Below, piece after piece: positions 1 through 8,713 of a stretch of 36,070 nucleotides of DNA (position 1 is the first letter of the stretch; each line of letters opens with the position of its first letter). This stretch comes from a virus. Its lineage: Duplodnaviria > Caudoviricetes. The notes under the pieces were generated by a model. The model had not been told where the DNA came from. It searched no databases and saw only the letters and a program-made list of their open reading frames with translations. Where the stretch lies: positions 1 to 36,070 of IMG/VR virus record IMGVR_UViG_3300039180_001471; one strand, given 5' to 3'. The position numbers were made by a program, and so were the translations under genes.

Positions 1-132
1 ATGCCTGCTGGTGATACTAGAGAAACATTAATTGAAATGTATCCTTTAGTATTTGAAATGTGTGCTGAGCATGGTTATAATATGACTGGAAGAGATCATA
101 TTATTGCTTATGATACTAAGCGACAAGTATAA
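1..132 (+). CDS. queE: 3' end of QueE-like radical SAM 7-carboxy-7-deazaguanine synthase (partial, runs off left edge)
   Basis: Frame 1 reads MPAGDTRETLIEMYPLVFEMCAEHGYNMTGRDHIIAYDTKRQV*, resembling the QueE C-terminus (MP.G...G...T.R.H). folE lies 0.7 kb downstream. The CxxxCxxC motif is outside the window. Confidence 0.65.
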   Translation: MPAGDTRETLIEMYPLVFEMCAEHGYNMTGRDHIIAYDTKRQV

Positions 133-266
133 TGAATAAAGCACTAGAACTACTAACCCAAATTGAGGAAAATGTTTCAGTGTGTTGTGCTATTACTATG
201 GAGCCGGAAGAAGTTCTGGCTCTAATAGACGAATTAAGAGAAATATTAGAAAGTAAAAATATATGA
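132..266 (+). CDS. Small hypothetical protein, 44 aa (MNKALELLTQIEENVSVCC...)
   Basis: Read by hand. TAATG overlap with the upstream stop and ATGA overlap with hpt suggest translational coupling. Confidence 0.7.
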   Translation: MNKALELLTQIEENVSVCCAITMEPEEVLALIDELREILESKNI

Positions 267-769
267 GGGAATTAATTACAGCTAAAGATATTGATATTCA
301 AACAAAAATTATAGGTAAACAAATTGCGGATAACCATAGAGGAGATAAAACACCAGTTATAATGGTAGGTTTACTTAATGGTTGTTTTGCGTTTTACAGC
401 GATTTAGTTCGTGCTATGCCAATTGCGGTGGAATGTGATTTTATGCGCGTTAAATCGTATACAAAACGCAAACAAGGCGATATACAAATCACTAAAGACC
501 TAGAAACACCTGTAAAAGGTAAACACGTATATATTGTAGATGATATCTATGATACTGGAAATACTATGGCAGCTGTTATAGAATATTTAGAAGTAAAACA
601 TCCAGCTTCAATATCAATAGTAGCTTTAGTTACAAGAAAAACATCACCAAAACCCAAAAAACAAAAATTATATAAGGCCTTTACAATTGATGATGAATGG
701 TTAATTGGTTTTGGAATGGATGATAGTAAAGGATTTAACAGAAATTTACCTTCAATTTGGGCTTTGTAA
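263..769 (+). CDS. hpt: Hypoxanthine/guanine phosphoribosyltransferase family protein
   Basis: GLLNGCF, DFMRVKSY, PRPP-binding VYIVDDIYDTGNT, and C-terminal IGFGMD...RNLP. Confidence 0.9.
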   Translation: MRELITAKDIDIQTKIIGKQIADNHRGDKTPVIMVGLLNGCFAFYSDLVRAMPIAVECDFMRVKSYTKRKQGDIQITKDLETPVKGKHVYIVDDIYDTGNTMAAVIEYLEVKHPASISIVALVTRKTSPKPKKQKLYKAFTIDDEWLIGFGMDDSKGFNRNLPSIWAL

Positions 770-787
770 ATAGGGTTCGTATATTAT
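756..787 (+). promoter_or_regulatory. Class I promoter (TTTGG-N19-TATATT) upstream of folE
   Basis: tttgg 756-760, then tatatt from 780; same spacing as the other copies. Confidence 0.7.
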
Positions 788-806
788 ATTAAATAAAAAG
801 TTATAA

Positions 807-1502
807 ATGGAAAACAAACGTAGAAAAATCCACGAAGAATTAGAAGTGGTACAAACCGGTTTCGCAAATGGTGTTGCTGAAGGTTTCCCACTTAATAGTG
901 ATCAAAAACAAGAAATGATTGATAAGGCAACTATTGCTTATGGATGGTTTTTAGATGCTTTAAAGTGTGATTGGAGAAATGATCCAAATTCAATGGAAAC
1001 ACCTAAACGAGTAGCAAAAGCATATGTAAATGATTTATGGGCTGGACGTTACACAGCAATGTCTCCTATTACTTCATTTCCAAGTGATGGTTATGATGGA
1101 ATTATAATCGAGAGAAACATACCATTAACCAGTATGTGCTCACACCACCACCAAACAATTGGAGGTGTAGTTCATGTTGGTTATATTGCTGGAGATGAAG
1201 GTCAAGTAATTGGATTATCTAAACTAAACCGAATTGTAGAATTATTTGGTCGTAGAGGTGCTATTCAAGAACAACTAACATCAGCAATTCACAATGCTGT
1301 AGATAAAGTTACTGAAGGTAATAGAGGTGTTATTATTACAATAGTAGCAGGACACAATTGTGTAAGTTGTAGAGGCGTTAAGCATCAAGGTGCCTCAATG
1401 GTAACAACCAAAGCATCAGGTGTGTTTAGAGAGAATGATAATTTGTCTCGTAAAGAATTCTTCGATAGCTTAAAAATAAATAATGGTGGACACCAAATAT
1501 AA
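807..1502 (+). CDS. folE: GTP cyclohydrolase I
   Basis: ETPKRVAK, SMCSHHH, GLSKLNRIV, QEQLT and HNCVSCRG motifs. Confidence 0.95.
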   Translation: MENKRRKIHEELEVVQTGFANGVAEGFPLNSDQKQEMIDKATIAYGWFLDALKCDWRNDPNSMETPKRVAKAYVNDLWAGRYTAMSPITSFPSDGYDGIIIERNIPLTSMCSHHHQTIGGVVHVGYIAGDEGQVIGLSKLNRIVELFGRRGAIQEQLTSAIHNAVDKVTEGNRGVIITIVAGHNCVSCRGVKHQGASMVTTKASGVFRENDNLSRKEFFDSLKINNGGHQI

Positions 1503-1523
1503 AAATCAAAAAATAGTAAAGTT

Positions 1524-2033
1524 ATGAGTAATAAAAAAGTACCATTCGTAGATGAAGTAGAAGAGTTTAATAAAGTTATGGGGAAAAGTTATCAAAACCG
1601 AACTACTCCAACAATAGACCCTAAAGATGCTGATTTTGTGATTAATTTCATCCAGGAAGAATTAGATGAGTTAAAAGTTGCAGTTAAAGAAAAAAATATT
1701 ATTGAAATATTTGATGCTCTACTTGATATTACCTATGTAGGTTTAGGTAATGGAGCTTTAGTATTTGGTTTAAAGGACAAAATGCTAGATGGTTATGCTG
1801 AAGTGCAAGCATCTAATATGTCTAAAATTTGCAATACAGTTGCTGAGGCAGAAGAAACGGTTAAATTACGCTCTGAACAACAAGGTGAACCATGCCATTA
1901 TGAAGAATCAAATGGTAAGTATGTTGTATATCGTACTTCAGATAATAAAGTAATGAAATCAATTAACTATTTTAGACCTGATTTATTTCAGTTTTTTACA
2001 GAATTAGAAATAGCACAAACTTTGTTAAAATAA
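1524..2033 (+). CDS. MazG-like/PRA-PH all-alpha nucleoside triphosphate pyrophosphohydrolase
   Basis: EELDEL...EIFDALLDITYV, EVQASNMSK and KVMKS..YFRPDL motifs. Confidence 0.85.
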   Translation: MSNKKVPFVDEVEEFNKVMGKSYQNRTTPTIDPKDADFVINFIQEELDELKVAVKEKNIIEIFDALLDITYVGLGNGALVFGLKDKMLDGYAEVQASNMSKICNTVAEAEETVKLRSEQQGEPCHYEESNGKYVVYRTSDNKVMKSINYFRPDLFQFFTELEIAQTLLK

Positions 2034-2054
2034 CAATATTTGTATAAAAGTTGG

Positions 2055-2084
2055 AGGCTTAACTTGGAAACGGGTTAAGTTTTC
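2055..2084 (+). terminator. Stem-loop with GAAA tetraloop, putative intrinsic terminator overlapping the polB promoter
   Basis: aggcttaacttg-gaaa-cgggttaagttt forms a 12-bp stem with G-U pairs and ends in a T run. Confidence 0.6.
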
Positions 2085-2094
2085 ATTATATTAT
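2063..2094 (+). promoter_or_regulatory. Class I promoter upstream of polB
   Basis: cttgg 2063-2067, tatatt from 2087 (19-nt spacer). Confidence 0.65.
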
Positions 2095-2112
2095 AGTTAA
2101 AATAGGTTATAT

Positions 2113-3795
2113 ATGTATAAAAAAGCATTTGCACAACGCCGAGGTAGTAATAATTATCTAATCCACCTCTGGGAAGATACAGGCTACAGCAAAGTAGAAT
2201 GGGTAAACCAAGCTTATGTAGAGTGTGGTGAAGCTGATGCTACACATTTGGGGTTAGGAGGTGAGCCTCTAAAAAAAGTTCGCAAATGGGATAAAGAAAA
2301 TAATAAACTTCATTTCCACGATATGACACCATATCAAAAGTTCTTAGTAGAACGATATGGAATTGATGATGAGCCTTCAACAACTCACCGAGAAATATTT
2401 TTTGATATTGAAACCGAATGGGGAGATGCTCTTACTGAAGAGTATATTAAATCTGCTCCTAAAAAAGTAACATCTATTGCTTGGTATGATAAACAAGTTG
2501 ATGAGTGGGGGATATTAATTTTAGATAAAAAATCACAACTTTCTAGAACTAAAGCAAAGAATAAGGAGATTATACCTTGTGCTACTGAAGATGAGTTATT
2601 ATTAAAATTTCTAGAAAAATTTAGAGAAATAGACCCAGATATTATAGTAGGGTGGAATAGTGATTATTTTGATGTTCCATATCTTTACTATAGAATGTGT
2701 AATGTTTTAGGTGAAGATGTAGCTCGTTATTTATCCCCTATTGGTTATGTTCGTGAAACTCCTTGGTATAAAGATCAATATATTCAAATAGCAGGTGTTG
2801 AATCACTTGATTATATGCGTTTGCATAAAAAGTTTAGTTGGGCAGATGAACCATCATTTAAATTAGATGCTATTGGTGAGAAGTATGTAGGAATGAAGAA
2901 AATAGAATATGAAGGTAATCTTGATGATTTATTTGAAGCTGACATACATAAATTTATTCAATATAACTTTGTAGATGTTGAGATTTTAAAATTATTAGAT
3001 GAAAAGTTAGAATATCTATCACTTGTTAAAAACCTAGCTCATAAAGGTAAACACAACTACAGTGAAGTATATGCTAATACTAAAACTCAAGATGGAGCAA
3101 TTTCAGCTTATCTATTAAGTGAAGGTATTGTACCACCTGCTAAAGAACGTAACCCTTTATCTAAAAAGAATTATGCTGGTGGTTATTTATTCTGCCCTAA
3201 AGCGGGTATTTACAACTATGTATTTGATGAAGATTTAACTTCACTATATCCATCAATTATTATGACCATTAATATTGGTAAAGAAACAATGGTTGGTAGG
3301 ATTATAGATGCTGATGATAGGAATAATCGTTTAGGTTTAAATGATTTATTAAAGAGAGATCCTGAGGAGGAATTAATGATTGAAAATTCTAAACGAAATA
3401 GAACTAGAGTTAGTGTTGGAAAATTAATAACTATGATTCAACAAAATGAATTATCAATTTCAGCTAACGGTGTTATGTTTAATACTAATAGGGAATCAGT
3501 ATTATCTACTATCCTAAAAAAGTGGTTTGATGAAAGGGTTAAGTATAAGGATCTAATGAAGGAAGCATACCAATCTGGTAATAAAGAACTAGGTGTAGGA
3601 TTTCATATGAAACAATATACAATGAAGATTTTATTGAATAGTTTGTATGGTGCAACTGCTCTTGGTAGTTTCCGTTATGGTAATGTTATTTTATCTGAAG
3701 CCATTACATTGAGTGGTCAACGTATTATTCAGGAATCTGCCCTAACAGCAAATCGCCATATAAATAAGGTTATAAAAGAGAATATAGAATTATGA
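2113..3795 (+). CDS. polB: Family B DNA polymerase, N-terminal subunit (3'-5' exonuclease, motifs A and B)
   Basis: ExoI FFDIET, ExoII WNSDYFD, ExoIII YNFVD, YAGG, motif A DLTSLYPSII, motif B KILLNSLYG. Confidence 0.95.
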   Translation: MYKKAFAQRRGSNNYLIHLWEDTGYSKVEWVNQAYVECGEADATHLGLGGEPLKKVRKWDKENNKLHFHDMTPYQKFLVERYGIDDEPSTTHREIFFDIETEWGDALTEEYIKSAPKKVTSIAWYDKQVDEWGILILDKKSQLSRTKAKNKEIIPCATEDELLLKFLEKFREIDPDIIVGWNSDYFDVPYLYYRMCNVLGEDVARYLSPIGYVRETPWYKDQYIQIAGVESLDYMRLHKKFSWADEPSFKLDAIGEKYVGMKKIEYEGNLDDLFEADIHKFIQYNFVDVEILKLLDEKLEYLSLVKNLAHKGKHNYSEVYANTKTQDGAISAYLLSEGIVPPAKERNPLSKKNYAGGYLFCPKAGIYNYVFDEDLTSLYPSIIMTINIGKETMVGRIIDADDRNNRLGLNDLLKRDPEEELMIENSKRNRTRVSVGKLITMIQQNELSISANGVMFNTNRESVLSTILKKWFDERVKYKDLMKEAYQSGNKELGVGFHMKQYTMKILLNSLYGATALGSFRYGNVILSEAITLSGQRIIQESALTANRHINKVIKENIEL

Positions 3796-4724
3796 AGCAT
3801 ATAGAAGAAACTCCTTGGTGGATCTGTGATCTTGAAGATACAAACTATGTAGCATATTCTGATACAGATTCAATTTATATTCATGCTGAACCTTTACTTA
3901 GACATTTATATCCTAATTTCGAGGAAATGCCTAGTGAAGAAAAAGATGATAAATTAGAAAGTATAGCTTTAAAATATCAGGATATTATTACTGACTCTTA
4001 TGGTGAATTAGCTGTAAATTGTTTTAATGCTAAGGGTGCTCATAGGTTAGAAATGAAGACTGAAGCAGTTATTCGCGCCGCTTACTTTAGAGCTACTAGA
4101 AGGTATGCTCAGTGGATTACTAAGCAAGAGGGTATTAAAAAAGAAACACTTGATGTAAAAGGTCTTGAATTTAAGAAGGCAAATTTCCCACCAGTATTAG
4201 GGAAGTTTTTCCATAAAGTGTTAGTAGACGTGTTAAAAGGCGCACAACAACCTGAAATCGATGCTCGCGTTAAAGAATTTAGGCAGCAGATATTAGACGG
4301 TAGTATACCGCTAACACAGTTAGGTAATCCAACATCAGTTAAAACCCTAAATAAATACACTGAACGTAAGGCACGTGCTGGGGAAATGTTTTCGATCATA
4401 GCTAAAGGTGCACCAGCATCAGTTAGATCTACAATAATTTATAATGATTTACTTAAATTTTGGGGTTTAAGTAAGCAACATAAAATGATAACCCAAGGTG
4501 AAAAAATAAAATGGATTTACTTAAAACCAAACCCATACCAAATTAACGCTATTTCATTTTTAGACTTTGATCTACCAGAAAAGATACGTATATTCATTGA
4601 AGAATATGCAGATAGAGATAAAATTTTTGATTCAATACTACTAAATAAATTAGAAGGATTCTACTCAGATCTCGGCTGGGTTTTAAATCTTAACCCTTAC
4701 AAAGATGTTTTTTTTAATTTTTAA
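3792..4724 (+). CDS. polB: Family B DNA polymerase, C-terminal subunit (motif C palm and thumb)
   Basis: YSDTDS motif C, RRYA and VKGLE. ATGA overlap with the upstream half. Confidence 0.93.
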   Translation: MKHIEETPWWICDLEDTNYVAYSDTDSIYIHAEPLLRHLYPNFEEMPSEEKDDKLESIALKYQDIITDSYGELAVNCFNAKGAHRLEMKTEAVIRAAYFRATRRYAQWITKQEGIKKETLDVKGLEFKKANFPPVLGKFFHKVLVDVLKGAQQPEIDARVKEFRQQILDGSIPLTQLGNPTSVKTLNKYTERKARAGEMFSIIAKGAPASVRSTIIYNDLLKFWGLSKQHKMITQGEKIKWIYLKPNPYQINAISFLDFDLPEKIRIFIEEYADRDKIFDSILLNKLEGFYSDLGWVLNLNPYKDVFFNF

Positions 4725-4726
4725 TT

Positions 4727-6358
4727 ATGGCTAAAATATATGGATTATTTTTCGGAGCACATGGTCAATCTACAACATTAATTGTTGATGGAGAGGTAAA
4801 ATATGCTATCGAAGACGAGAGAATCACTCGTAAAAAATCAGGAAACAGTTGGTGGGATGCGCCAATTCACTCCTTAAAAGTGATAGAAGAAAAAACCGGT
4901 ATTCTTTTAGAAGATGCTGATATCATTTCAATTTCAGATCCAACTTTACTGTATTTAGTACAATATAAAAATGGAGACGTTAATGAACCTGAAGATGAAA
5001 TGACAATCTTTAGGGAAAGATTAATTAAACTTAAGGATAAAATTCAATGGGTTGAACATCATGAAGCTCATGCTTATAGTACTTATTATAATTCAGGATT
5101 TACAGATAAAACCTTAGTACTTACTTCAGATGGAGGTTCATATGAAAAAGAATATGGAACTATTTGGCTAGCTGAAAATGGGAAAATGAACAAAGTTCAT
5201 TCTATTCCTATAAGGGAGCAAGGTTCTATAGCTAATCTTTGGTTTTATGCATGTTTCCAATATGGTTGGAAAGGTACTAAAGATGAGGGGAAGATTATGG
5301 GAATGGCTGGTCATGGAGAATATAATGAGTATTTATATAATTCATTTAAAAGTTGTTTAACTTATAGAGGTAATTTACAATTTACCCATCCTGAAAACGG
5401 GATGGCGGTGGAATTTGTTTATTCTAGGTTGGCTGAAGAAGGATGGTTTGAGGGTCAGAAAAATAGACAAGATTTTGCTTTCAATCTCCAAAAATACACA
5501 GAAGATGTTTTTATGGAATATCTTACTGATATTTCTGCTCTCTACCCAGAATATCGTAATTTATCAGTAGCTGGGGGAGTATTTGCAAATGTAAAATTAA
5601 ATCAGGTGATTAATGAATCTGGATTGTATGATAATATGTTTGTATGTCCTGCTATGGGGGATAGTGGTATTAGTTTTGGAGCTGCGATAAAAAGTTCAAT
5701 AGACGTTGGAGATTGGAAAGGTGTAAAAAAGTTAAAAGATGCCTTTTTAGGTTTAGAATATTCCCAAAAAGAAATTGATGACCATGCTGTTACTCTTAAA
5801 GTAATAGCCCAAGATTTAGATTACTCTAAAGTTGGTAGTTTAATCCATGAAGGTAATATTATAGCTCTATTTAATGGTAGATTTGAATTTGGTCCTAGAG
5901 CTTTAGGTGCTCGCTCTGTAATGGTAAGACCTACAGATGCTGAAACTCATGAAATACTTAATACAAGGTTAGAACGACATGAAATTATGCCTTTTGCTCC
6001 TTTTATAATGAGTGAATATGCTAATATAGTATTTGATATTCCTAGATCACACCATACTGCGGAATTTATGACTATGTGTTACACGGTACGTGATGAATGG
6101 GCAGATAGAATACCAGCCGTAGTTCATAAGGTAGATAATACAGGTCGCCCTCAAATAGTTTATAAACATAATAATCCTGTATTCTGGAATATACTAAATG
6201 AATATAATAAAATATCAGGCATTCCCGTTATGTTAAACACTTCATTTAACGGTCATGGCGAACCTATTATAAACACCCCTGAACAAGCATTTTCCCATCT
6301 TATAAAGGGTACAATTGATTATTTAGTGGCAGGTAGTAAAATATATAAAAAATTATAA
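4727..6358 (+). CDS. O-carbamoyltransferase (NodU/CmcH/TobZ family)
   Basis: EDERITRKK, HHEAHA, GKIMGMA, AGGVFANVKLN, PAMGDSG, GRFEFGPRALGARS, PFAP and LNTSFNGHGEPI. Confidence 0.93.
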   Translation: MAKIYGLFFGAHGQSTTLIVDGEVKYAIEDERITRKKSGNSWWDAPIHSLKVIEEKTGILLEDADIISISDPTLLYLVQYKNGDVNEPEDEMTIFRERLIKLKDKIQWVEHHEAHAYSTYYNSGFTDKTLVLTSDGGSYEKEYGTIWLAENGKMNKVHSIPIREQGSIANLWFYACFQYGWKGTKDEGKIMGMAGHGEYNEYLYNSFKSCLTYRGNLQFTHPENGMAVEFVYSRLAEEGWFEGQKNRQDFAFNLQKYTEDVFMEYLTDISALYPEYRNLSVAGGVFANVKLNQVINESGLYDNMFVCPAMGDSGISFGAAIKSSIDVGDWKGVKKLKDAFLGLEYSQKEIDDHAVTLKVIAQDLDYSKVGSLIHEGNIIALFNGRFEFGPRALGARSVMVRPTDAETHEILNTRLERHEIMPFAPFIMSEYANIVFDIPRSHHTAEFMTMCYTVRDEWADRIPAVVHKVDNTGRPQIVYKHNNPVFWNILNEYNKISGIPVMLNTSFNGHGEPIINTPEQAFSHLIKGTIDYLVAGSKIYKKL

Positions 6359-6360
6359 AA

Positions 6361-7029
6361 ATGAGTATAATTCAAACTGAATATAAATTTAGAAACATAG
6401 GCCTTAAAGTATCCACTTGGGGTGAAAATCCTTTATTAGTTTATGTTTACAATATTATTGATGGTAAAAAAGTTCAGGTAGACAATTATAATCTACCCCC
6501 AGGTCATTATTTTGAATATGGTAGAAGTTGGTTTACTAACTGGCAAGTTGAAGTATTTGAGTGGAATAAAGGTAAACTTATACAAGCCCACATTGATATT
6601 TTCTCTCCTTATGGTGAAAAAACAAATTTTTTCTTAGCAGAATTTGATAGTATTGAAACCCATTTAGATTATATTAATGCTTGTATAGATTATATTAATC
6701 ATTGGAGTATACCAGAGTATAACATAGTAACCCCTTATGCGGATCAAATTAAATCCACTAACCCCCACCTAAATGTTGTTTCAAGTTTAGACGATGAAAC
6801 TGACTGCTATGTTTCATATGAAATTAAAAGAACCCCAAGTGCCTTTAATTCTTATGAAAATTATGGAGTTTACATTTTAAATGAGGAAATTGTTAATTAC
6901 AACAACCAACACCCCAATCCAGAGATAGGTGTAGATAGCTACAATTTTGCAAAAAGTATTCTTTTTGGTCCTGATTATAAATCTTCACTGAAATTTATCC
7001 CTCCAACTTGGACTTTAGCAAAAAAATAA
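6361..7029 (+). CDS. Hypothetical protein; N-terminal half weakly resembles the N-terminal domain of Aah/TibC-type heptosyltransferases
   Basis: 222-aa ORF with a WFTNWQVEV...FSPYGEKTNF segment. The family resemblance is recalled, not verified. Confidence 0.45.
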   Translation: MSIIQTEYKFRNIGLKVSTWGENPLLVYVYNIIDGKKVQVDNYNLPPGHYFEYGRSWFTNWQVEVFEWNKGKLIQAHIDIFSPYGEKTNFFLAEFDSIETHLDYINACIDYINHWSIPEYNIVTPYADQIKSTNPHLNVVSSLDDETDCYVSYEIKRTPSAFNSYENYGVYILNEEIVNYNNQHPNPEIGVDSYNFAKSILFGPDYKSSLKFIPPTWTLAKK

Positions 7030-7038
7030 TTATATTCA
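7007..7038 (+). promoter_or_regulatory. Class I promoter upstream of the sliding clamp
   Basis: cttgg 7007-7011, tatattca from 7031. Confidence 0.65.
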
Positions 7039-7054
7039 CATCAAATAGAAAGTT

Positions 7055-7789
7055 ATGATAAGTAAATTAACACTTCAAAGTGTAATAAGTAAATATTATC
7101 TAGGATTAAATGAATCCGTTAAATGGGTAACAAATGACAATAGTTTAGAGGTTAACTTTATGACACCTACTCGTGATGTTATTGGTAGTGTTATTTGCAA
7201 TAACTTTGATCTAGAAGACAGTAAGTTAGCAATATTTGATACTAAAAAACTCCAAAGTTTAATTAATATTTGTAGTGGAGATCTATTACTAGAACTTGAA
7301 AAAACTAACGTTGTATCAACTAAATTAAAGATATCAGATATGAACTTTAATTTAACTTACGCACTAGCAGATTCATTACTTATAGGAAAAGTAGGTACAG
7401 TAAATATCCCCGAATGGATTATTGAATTAGATTTATCGATTGAAGATATTGATAATTTAATTAAAGCTAAAAGTGCACTTCAAGGTGTAGATAATATGCT
7501 TTTAACCACTACTGTAGATTTAGATGGAAACAATGTTTGTGAGTTTGTATTTGGAGATGAACAAGGTCATAATAATAAAATTACTTACCAAATATCAGGT
7601 AGAATTGATTCCAACAACCTAAAAATCCCATTCAATTCAGATATGTTTAAAACTATAATTCATGCTAATAAAGATATGGATGGTGGGAAATTATATTTAA
7701 GTGAAATGGGGTTATTAAATTTAAAATTCCAAAAAGAAGAAATAACTAGTGAGTATTTTATGTCAAGAAAGGCAGAACGTGAATTTTAA
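7055..7789 (+). CDS. DNA polymerase sliding clamp (T4 gp45/PCNA-like)
   Basis: 244 aa with a repeated beta-alpha-beta pattern (AIFDTKKLQSLI; IPFNSDMFKTII...GKLYLSEMGLLNLKF...SEYF), located between polB and the clamp loader. Confidence 0.75.
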   Translation: MISKLTLQSVISKYYLGLNESVKWVTNDNSLEVNFMTPTRDVIGSVICNNFDLEDSKLAIFDTKKLQSLINICSGDLLLELEKTNVVSTKLKISDMNFNLTYALADSLLIGKVGTVNIPEWIIELDLSIEDIDNLIKAKSALQGVDNMLLTTTVDLDGNNVCEFVFGDEQGHNNKITYQISGRIDSNNLKIPFNSDMFKTIIHANKDMDGGKLYLSEMGLLNLKFQKEEITSEYFMSRKAEREF

Positions 7790-7812
7790 ATAATTTCTAT
7801 ATATGTATATTA

Positions 7813-7843
7813 GAACATAATAGGTAGCTAGGGCACGTGTTAT
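7813..7843. repeat. Left arm of an imperfect inverted repeat flanking hsp20
   Basis: gaacataataggtagctagggcacgtgttat is complementary (with G-U pairs) to 8321-8349. Confidence 0.75.
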
Positions 7844-7892
7844 GTTTAAATTAAATTAACCGGGAACTTAGGTCCCACAAATAAAAAATGAT

Positions 7893-8309
7893 ATGAGTAC
7901 ATTAAAAATTAATGAACGCAACCCGTTCGACATTCTATTTAGAAATTTCTTCAATACTGAAGATCAGTTTGCTCCGGCATTCAATTCAAAACAACCCCAC
8001 CCACTAAACATCTACTACAACGACGAAGGTTTACACTTCGAAGTCGCTTGTACAGGACTCACTAAAGAAGATATTTCTATTAGTGTTGAGGGGGATTTAT
8101 TAAAAATTAGTTATCAAAAACCCGAAGAAGAATTAGATTTCTCTGGGTATATTTACCATGGTTTGTCCAAAAAATCATTTGATTTAGGGTATAAAATCTC
8201 CCCAAAGTATAATTTATCAAAAATTAATGCTGAGATGGAAAATGGATTATTAAAACTCCACCTTCCTTTATCTGAAGAATCAAAAACAAAATCAATAAAA
8301 ATAAAATAA
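7893..8309 (+). CDS. Small heat shock protein (Hsp20/IbpA family)
   Basis: PLNIY...FEVACTGLTKEDISISVEGDLLKI...INAEMENGLLKLHLP alpha-crystallin signature. Confidence 0.92.
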   Translation: MSTLKINERNPFDILFRNFFNTEDQFAPAFNSKQPHPLNIYYNDEGLHFEVACTGLTKEDISISVEGDLLKISYQKPEEELDFSGYIYHGLSKKSFDLGYKISPKYNLSKINAEMENGLLKLHLPLSEESKTKSIKIK

Positions 8310-8320
8310 GAGTTTTACCA

Positions 8321-8349
8321 ATAAAGCGTGTCCTAGCGCACTATTGTTC
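8321..8349. repeat. Right arm of the imperfect inverted repeat flanking hsp20
   Basis: ataaagcgtgtcctagcgcactattgttc; core gcgtgtcctagc pairs with gctagggcacgt at 7827-7838. Confidence 0.75.
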
Positions 8350-8358
8350 GTATATTCA
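8327..8358 (+). promoter_or_regulatory. Class I promoter variant (CGTGT in place of TTTGG) upstream of the groES/groEL operon
   Basis: ttgttcgtatattcacgg core is identical to the 13472-13489 copy; the upstream element is degenerate. Confidence 0.6.
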
Positions 8359-8399
8359 CGGCATAATAGAAATAAGTTACAATTATAAAAAAAAGTTTT

Positions 8400-8713
8400 A
8401 TGGCAAACACAACAATTAAAGACCCCGCACTCGAACCGTATTATGTTTCGAAAGATCAATACTGTTTTACAGTAATTGAAACCATTACTCCTGATGATAA
8501 GAATATTGGAAGGTTTAAGAAAGAAGATAAAGGCAATCAAGGGAAAAATTATGAAAAACCCGTTGCACATTATTCAACATTTGCTGATGCCTTAAAAAGA
8601 ATAGCAAAAGAAAAAGTATCTCTTAAATCTGAATATGATTCAATTCAAAGTTATGTTAATGAATGGACCAATCAACAAGAACAATTAAAAGAAGTAATAA
8701 ATAAAATAAGCAT

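Noticed and set aside
3780-3810. Intein, intron or programmed frameshift at the polB break
   Set aside because: There is no intervening sequence, no intein terminal motifs and no obvious slippery heptamer. The ATGA overlap matches the coupling used throughout the window.
7813-8349. Transposon/IS terminal inverted repeats around hsp20
   Set aside because: There is no transposase or target-site duplication, and the mismatches are G-U compatible with bulges, which fits RNA pairing better.
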